Source: Planctomycetota bacterium
Lineage (GTDB): Bacteria > Planctomycetota > Planctomycetia > Pirellulales > Lacipirellulaceae
Direction of reading: 5' to 3'
DNA: 12,271 nucleotides
Assembly: GCA_039190745.1 (NCBI GenBank)
Contig: JBCCXZ010000092.1
Coordinates: 1-12,271, forward strand
The stretch's first letter is position 1. Each line of letters begins with the position of its first letter. The translations under genes were made by a program, and so were the position numbers. The notes under the pieces were generated by a model, which worked only from the letters and a program-made list of their open reading frames with translations, did no database searches and was not told where the DNA came from. This document shows positions 7,579 to 12,271 of this stretch, one piece after another.

Positions 7579-9471
7579 TTAGGACTCTTCTTCGGTCTTC
7601 TTCCCAAAGGCGGGATCGACCTTCAATAATGCACAGATCGCAAAGCTAGGCAGGGTTGAGATCAGCACCCACTTGAAGAAGTTCTCGTAGCCGATCAGCT
7701 CCTGCAGCCAGCCGCAGAACATGCCGGGGATCATCATGCCGAGGGCCATGAAGCCGGTGCAGATGGCGTAGTGGACGGTTTGGTGTTCGCCCTGCGAGGC
7801 GTAGAGCATGTAGAGCATGTAGGCGGTGAAGCCGAAGCCGTAGCCGAACTGCTCGACGGCCACCGCGAGGTTGACCACAAGCAGGCTCTCGGGCTCAAAA
7901 ATCGAAAGCAGCAGGTATACGCCGTTGGGGAGGTTGATGGCCAGCACCATCCACCAGAGCCAGTGCTTCAGCCCGTTGCGGGCGGCGGCGAGCCCGCCGA
8001 GGATGCCGCCCAGAGTGAGCATCAGCACGCCGACCGTGCCGTAGACGACGCCCACCTCGCCGGTGGTGAGCGCCAAGCCGCCCGCTTCGCGGGTGTCGAG
8101 CAGAAAGGGCGCCGCGAGCTTCACGAGCTGCGCTTCGCTGAACCGGTAAAGCATGAGAAACGCCAGCAGCGTCAACAGGCCCGGCTTGCGGAAGAAGCTG
8201 GCGAGCGGTTCGACCATGCGGCCCAGGAGATCGGCCTTCTCGTGATGGGCCCCGTCGGCGGCGGGCTTGGGCAGCGCGATCAGGTGGTAGGCGGTCGCGA
8301 CGGCGAAGATGCCGGCCAGCAAGTAGAACGTTTGCGACCACGCCCGGGCGAAGTCACCTGAGCGGGCGCTGAAGACCGCCTCGGAAGGCTTGTCGAGCTT
8401 GGGGTCGACCTGGACGACGGCGTAGAACGGCATTGAGCTGTTCTCCGCGGTGACCTCAAACCTTGAGCCTTCTACTAGCTTGAAACTCTTGTCTCCTCCG
8501 GTTTGTTCGAAGGTGACGATTACCGAGTCGCCCTCTTGGACGGGCTGGGCGAGCCGCAGCGGAACGGCGACCAGGTCGCCCGCCACAGCCGTGGACGGCT
8601 CCGGCGGCTCGGCCGGGCCGAACCGCGTCTTGATCCACTCTTCAAGCGAGACCACCCATGCTCGGCGATCCTCTTCGCCCTCTTGTTGGCTAACTTCCTC
8701 GACGGCAATGAATCCGTTGTCTCGATTCCACTGCTTCACGGCCGCGATCAGTTTGTTTGATTCCTGCGGCGGTCGCGTAGTGGTGGACAACGCTGTCGCA
8801 TCAAACGCGGCGACGATCGCCTGCTCGGGTGACCCCTCGGGGGCCGTGTAATCACCGGCCGGATCAAAAGCCAACGCGGCGGGCGGGTTGGCGTCTGCGG
8901 AGAATTGGACCTCTACTTCCGGCAAGCCGCCGGCGACCTCCAGGTAGCCCGCGAGCATCACCAGCAGCCCCTGTCCGGTGATCATCGCCAGCCGGTAGAA
9001 CGTGCTGCGGATGCCGACCCACCAGGCTTGGTCGTGGTCGCCGAGGGCGAGCATGTAGAAGCCGTCGGCCGCGATGTCGTGCGTGGCGGAGCAGAATGCC
9101 ACGATTGAGAGCGTCCAGAGCGTGAGCGTGAGGAAACCCGATGCCGGGATGAAGTAGGCCGTGGCCGCCAGCCCGAGCCCGACGGCGGCCTGCATGGCGA
9201 CGGTCCACCCCCGGCGTGTGCCGACCGCCTCGACGATCGGGCTCCAGAACGGCTTCACCACCCATGGCAGGTAGAGCCAGCTCGTGTACCAGGCGATGTC
9301 GGCGTTCGACACGCCGAGCCGCTTGTACATGATGACCGCCACGGTCATCACCACGACGTACGGAAGCCCCTCGGTGAAGTAGAGGCTGGGGATCCACCGG
9401 GTTTGCCGGGAACGGCCGCCGGCCTCGTTGGTCGCCGCCGGGCCGTTCGCGGAGGATTCGGTAGACTCCAT
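7579..9471 (-). CDS. ampG: AmpG-family MFS muropeptide permease (Bacteroidetes-like type) with large soluble insertion
   Basis: WIPSLYFTEGLPY, LYLPWVVKPFWSPIVE, SATHDIAADGFY, YRFSEAQL, EQFGYGFGFTAY, HYAICTGFMALGMMIPG. About 12 hydrophobic segments, with hydrophilic residues ~181-371 interrupting them. Confidence 0.88.
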   Translation of the reverse strand: MESTESSANGPAATNEAGGRSRQTRWIPSLYFTEGLPYVVVMTVAVIMYKRLGVSNADIAWYTSWLYLPWVVKPFWSPIVEAVGTRRGWTVAMQAAVGLGLAATAYFIPASGFLTLTLWTLSIVAFCSATHDIAADGFYMLALGDHDQAWWVGIRSTFYRLAMITGQGLLVMLAGYLEVAGGLPEVEVQFSADANPPAALAFDPAGDYTAPEGSPEQAIVAAFDATALSTTTRPPQESNKLIAAVKQWNRDNGFIAVEEVSQQEGEEDRRAWVVSLEEWIKTRFGPAEPPEPSTAVAGDLVAVPLRLAQPVQEGDSVIVTFEQTGGDKSFKLVEGSRFEVTAENSSMPFYAVVQVDPKLDKPSEAVFSARSGDFARAWSQTFYLLAGIFAVATAYHLIALPKPAADGAHHEKADLLGRMVEPLASFFRKPGLLTLLAFLMLYRFSEAQLVKLAAPFLLDTREAGGLALTTGEVGVVYGTVGVLMLTLGGILGGLAAARNGLKHWLWWMVLAINLPNGVYLLLSIFEPESLLVVNLAVAVEQFGYGFGFTAYMLYMLYASQGEHQTVHYAICTGFMALGMMIPGMFCGWLQELIGYENFFKWVLISTLPSFAICALLKVDPAFGKKTEEES

Positions 9472-9476
9472 AGCGG

Positions 9477-10988
9477 TTACTCGCTGGCGCCCTTGGTTGT
9501 CTGCAACACCTCGGTGTCGCTCTCTCGGCCGAGGCGGTCGACGGCGGAAACGGCGATCGCGTCGAAGCCTTCAACGGTCATGGACGCCTTCGATCCAGAG
9601 CCCGGCATGACCCCAGGGATCCATTGGCCGTCGCGGCGGAGCTGGACCACCCATTTCCAGGGAGCGACGCCCTCGGGAAGCTTCCAAGACGCCGTCGAAC
9701 TGTTCAGTTCGATCAACGGCTTTGCCGGCGGCTCGCCTTCGATCCAGGTGGTCTCTGGGATCAACGCCGGTTTCTCGTAGGGCCCGTCCACCAGCGTGCC
9801 CGCCACGCCGCCGCCCTTCATGAGCACCTTCATGCTGAAGAACACGTTGCCCGTGGCGCCTTCTTGGTCGCGCGTCGTACCGACCTGCTTGGCTACTTCG
9901 CCGGAGGGCCAGCCATCGGGCCCTTCGCGGTAGACCGCGTTGCCCGGCCAGAGGTGGCGGCCGAGCTTGTTCTCGCCGGCCCACCACTCGAGTAGCACCG
10001 GGAACTCGAGGTTCGGCCGGTCGGATTTCCAGTAGAGCTGAGGGCTCGCGTAGTCGAGCCAGCCCTCGTGCAGCCACTTGCGGGCGTCGGCGTACAGGTT
10101 CGCGTAGGCGTCGAAGCCCTTCACGGTCGGCGGGTGGCCGGGGCGCCAGATGCCGAAGGGGCTGATGCCCACCAGCACCCAAGGCTTGACGGCCTTCACC
10201 TCGCGGTACATCCGCTCGATGAGCCGGTCGACGTTCTGACGCCGCCAGTCGTCGCGGTCGAGTGTTTCGCCGCCAGCCACCGCCCGGGCGTAGCTCTCCG
10301 CGTCCGGGAAAGGCACGGGGTTCCCGTCGTCGTCGTTGATTGGATACGGGTAGAAGTAGTCGTCGATGTGCACGCCGTCGATGTCGTAGCGGTTCACAAC
10401 ATCCATAAATACAGCGATCGAGTGCTCGACCGCGTCCGGCTCGCCGGGGTCGAGCCACAGGTTGGCTCCGTATTCGCGGACCAGATCGGGCCGGGTGCGA
10501 CTGATGTGGTCTTTGGGGAAGTCGCTCTTCCGGGAAGGGTGCCCGGCGCGGTAGGGGTTGAACCAAACGTGCAGGTGCAACCCGCGGTTGTGCGCTTCCT
10601 CGACGATGAACTCGAGCGGGTCGTAGGCGGGCGAGGGCGCCTCACCCATCTTGCCGGTGATGTACTCCGACCACGGCTCTAGGTCTGAGCGGTACAACGC
10701 ATCCGCACACGGCCGGACCTGGAAGACCACCGCGTTGAGGTTCAGCTCGACGCAACGGTCGAGGATCGCGATCACTTGGGCCCGCTGCTGATCGGTGGAG
10801 AGGCCGGGCTTGGAGGGCCAGTCGATGTTGGCGACGGTGGCGACCCAGGCGGCCCGAAACTCTCGCGGCACGGCGGGGGGCTCTGCCGCGGCAGGATCTG
10901 CTGCGGCAGAGGTGGTCGGGCCGAAGCCTGCAAGCAAAGAGAACAGAGAGAAAAACAGGGCTGACTGAGAATATCGTGGGGCTCGCAT
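9477..10988 (-). CDS. Secreted GHL10 glycosyl hydrolase, YddW/DigH-like
   Basis: Signal peptide, REFRAAWVATVANIDWPS, LNAVVFQVRP.ADALY.S..EPWS, HVWFNPYR, WLDPG, YDIDGVHIDDYFYPY, GISPFGIW, LYADARKW..EGWLDY.SPQLYW, and a short C-terminal beta-rich tail (AVSAVDRLGRES). Confidence 0.92.
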   Translation of the reverse strand: MRAPRYSQSALFFSLFSLLAGFGPTTSAAADPAAAEPPAVPREFRAAWVATVANIDWPSKPGLSTDQQRAQVIAILDRCVELNLNAVVFQVRPCADALYRSDLEPWSEYITGKMGEAPSPAYDPLEFIVEEAHNRGLHLHVWFNPYRAGHPSRKSDFPKDHISRTRPDLVREYGANLWLDPGEPDAVEHSIAVFMDVVNRYDIDGVHIDDYFYPYPINDDDGNPVPFPDAESYARAVAGGETLDRDDWRRQNVDRLIERMYREVKAVKPWVLVGISPFGIWRPGHPPTVKGFDAYANLYADARKWLHEGWLDYASPQLYWKSDRPNLEFPVLLEWWAGENKLGRHLWPGNAVYREGPDGWPSGEVAKQVGTTRDQEGATGNVFFSMKVLMKGGGVAGTLVDGPYEKPALIPETTWIEGEPPAKPLIELNSSTASWKLPEGVAPWKWVVQLRRDGQWIPGVMPGSGSKASMTVEGFDAIAVSAVDRLGRESDTEVLQTTKGASE

Positions 10989-10994
10989 CGCACC

Positions 10995-11023
10995 ACTCTA
11001 GAGAGCGCGGCGGCCCCAGGCAA
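10995..11023 (-). promoter_or_regulatory. Putative sigma70-type promoter for the cluster (TTGCCT-N17-TAGAGT), possibly leaderless
   Basis: -35 TTGCCT at 11023-11018, 17-nt spacer, -10 TAGAGT at 11000-10995. The ATG A (10988) is the 7th base after the -10. Confidence 0.45.
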
Positions 11024-11248
11024 CCAGTCCTCGGGCATCCGAAATACCGTCGGGAAACCGACCGGGTTCGTGCGCTGGGGCGACATCCGATTGCGCTGAT
11101 TTTTTGTTGCTGACCATCAAGTGCTCGGGTAGCCTGGGAAAGAGGTACGGGGTGCTTAACTGCCATCGGGCCGGGTATAGCCAGACGGCCTTATCTCCCC
11201 GGCCGGTTCTTGTCGTTCGATCCTACAATCTTGAGATCTGTTTTCTTT

Positions 11249-11256
11249 GGAGGTGA
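11249..11256 (+). promoter_or_regulatory. Strong Shine-Dalgarno (GGAGGTGA) for the divergent gene
   Basis: GGAGGTGA lies 6 nt before ATG 11263. A -10-like TACAAT is at 11224-11229. Confidence 0.75.
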
Positions 11257-11262
11257 GTCCTA

Positions 11263-12271
11263 ATGAAATTGACAACTGTGATCTTCTCCGCGCTCGCGGT
11301 GGCCTTTGCTTGCGCCGCTTCGAGTGCCCAAGCTCAGCTCATTGCGGCCGACAGCTACGTCGGCGGCGTCGGCGACTACACGCAGGGCTTCGGCCAGAGC
11401 TTCACCGGGCAGGGTTCCGCTTCAGCCTTCGGTTTCACGGATCCTTGGGGCGGTTCTACTTCCGGAAACACACACCCTGACATCATCACGCTCGACAACC
11501 CAGCAATCGACTACGAAACCGGCGGCAAGGGCAAGTTCACCCCGAGCACCGCGTTCTCCGACTTCGAGCGCCGCTACGAGCACACGCTCGCCCCGTACGT
11601 AGCGCCGGCGAACGACATTTTCTACATGAGCCACTTGGTCAACACCGGGCCTGAGGCTTCGGGCGGCGACACCGAGGGCTACGCCCTGGTCGGCTTCGGC
11701 AGCTTCGCCGACAAGACCCGCCTGGCCGACGACGCGAACTTCCTCTTCGGCGGTTTCGTAGGCTTCGCCCCAGACGGCAACGGCGACGTCGACCTGGTCA
11801 TCCGCTCGCGCACCGGGCCTGGCGGCGCCGGTCAGGTGACCGACGCGATCCTTCAGGACGCTTCGGCCGGCGACCCGGTCGAGAACCTCACCTTCCACGT
11901 CGTGATGAAGCTGACCTACACCGGCGGCGATAAGATCGATTGGTGGGTCAACCCGACCGACTTCAGCAGCGACGCCGGCATGACCGGCAGCTGCGGCCCC
12001 AACCCCTGTGGCGCCTGCATGGCTGGGTTCACGAACGCTGGTTCCCGCATCCGGCGGGGGCGGGCAGCCGAGCACCGGACAGTCGGCCTCGCTGCGGCCG
12101 CTCTCGCAGGTAAAGACGGGGGCGCCGCAGCCCGTGTTGCAGCACACCTCGCCCCCGCCGCAGCCTCCGCAGGCGTCCCCCTCGCCGGCGTCCCCGTCGC
12201 CGGCGGGCGGGCCGGCATCGAGGGTCGGTGCGCCGGCGTCGGCCACGCCCTCCGGGCGGAGGCACAGACCG
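11263..12271 (+). CDS. Secreted hypothetical protein, probably PEP-CTERM-class surface protein (incomplete; credible only to ~11990)
   Basis: Manual translation MKLTTVIFSALAVAFACAASSAQA-QLIAADSYVGGVGDYTQG...GFTDPWGG...FYMSHLVN...FHVVMKLTYTGGDKIDWWVNPTDFSSDAGMTGS. Clear Sec signal (AQA), strong SD, GC-rich third positions. No stop before the window end, but composition changes after ~11990. Confidence 0.8.
   Translation, partial: MKLTTVIFSALAVAFACAASSAQAQLIAADSYVGGVGDYTQGFGQSFTGQGSASAFGFTDPWGGSTSGNTHPDIITLDNPAIDYETGGKGKFTPSTAFSDFERRYEHTLAPYVAPANDIFYMSHLVNTGPEASGGDTEGYALVGFGSFADKTRLADDANFLFGGFVGFAPDGNGDVDLVIRSRTGPGGAGQVTDAILQDASAGDPVENLTFHVVMKLTYTGGDKIDWWVNPTDFSSDAGMTGSCGPNPCGACMAGFTNAGSRIRRGRAAEHRTVGLAAAALAGKDGGAAARVAAHLAPAAASAGVPLAGVPVAGGRAGIEGRCAGVGHALRAEAQT
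12031..12270 (-). CDS. Fragment of a Cys-rich, DAG-repeat protein (myxobacterial-style), probably from a different genome or locus
   Basis: GLCLRPEGVADAGAPTLDAGPPAGDGDAGEGDACGGCGGGEVCCNTGCGAPVFTCESGRSEADCPVLGCPPPPDAG: four DAG motifs and eight Cys. It overlaps the + strand ORF antisense. Confidence 0.45.

Noticed and set aside
4663..10682. Other overlapping ORFs (4663-5727+, 5153-5869-, 8864-9574-, 9571-10566-, 10068-10682+)
   Set aside because: Arg/Pro-rich alternate-frame or antisense readings of strongly supported genes.
10989..11262. c-di-GMP-I or c-di-AMP (ydaO) riboswitch
   Set aside because: A GAAA hairpin is present, but I could not find the conserved flanking motifs by eye; an Rfam scan would be decisive.
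11422..12246. 274-aa minus-strand ORF as one real gene
   Set aside because: 11422-12030 is antisense to the well-supported + gene; only the part beyond ~12031 looks like coding sequence.

Overview
High-GC bacterial DNA, most likely from a planctomycete (inferred from the dockerin-like plus PEP-CTERM tail typical of Pirellulales/Lacipirellulaceae). About 11 kb is one co-oriented minus-strand cluster that looks like a peptidoglycan (PG) breakdown, uptake and catabolism locus. In transcription order: secreted GHL10/DigH(YddW)-like glycosyl hydrolase, AmpG-family permease with a ~190-aa soluble insertion, GH3 NagZ, a second GHL10 with dockerin-like repeats and PEP-CTERM, DUF1611/DgcN-like protein, dipeptide epimerase/DgcA-like enolase, and a secreted three-domain protein (class A beta-lactamase-like + PG-binding + S11 DD-carboxypeptidase). 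The last gene is absent from the ORF track because it runs off the left edge. A divergent secreted protein starts at 11263 and is also missing from the track. Both window ends (about 1-111 and 11992-12271) switch abruptly to unrelated-looking coding sequence and are probably chimeric joins. No RNA genes, CRISPR arrays or mobile elements were seen.
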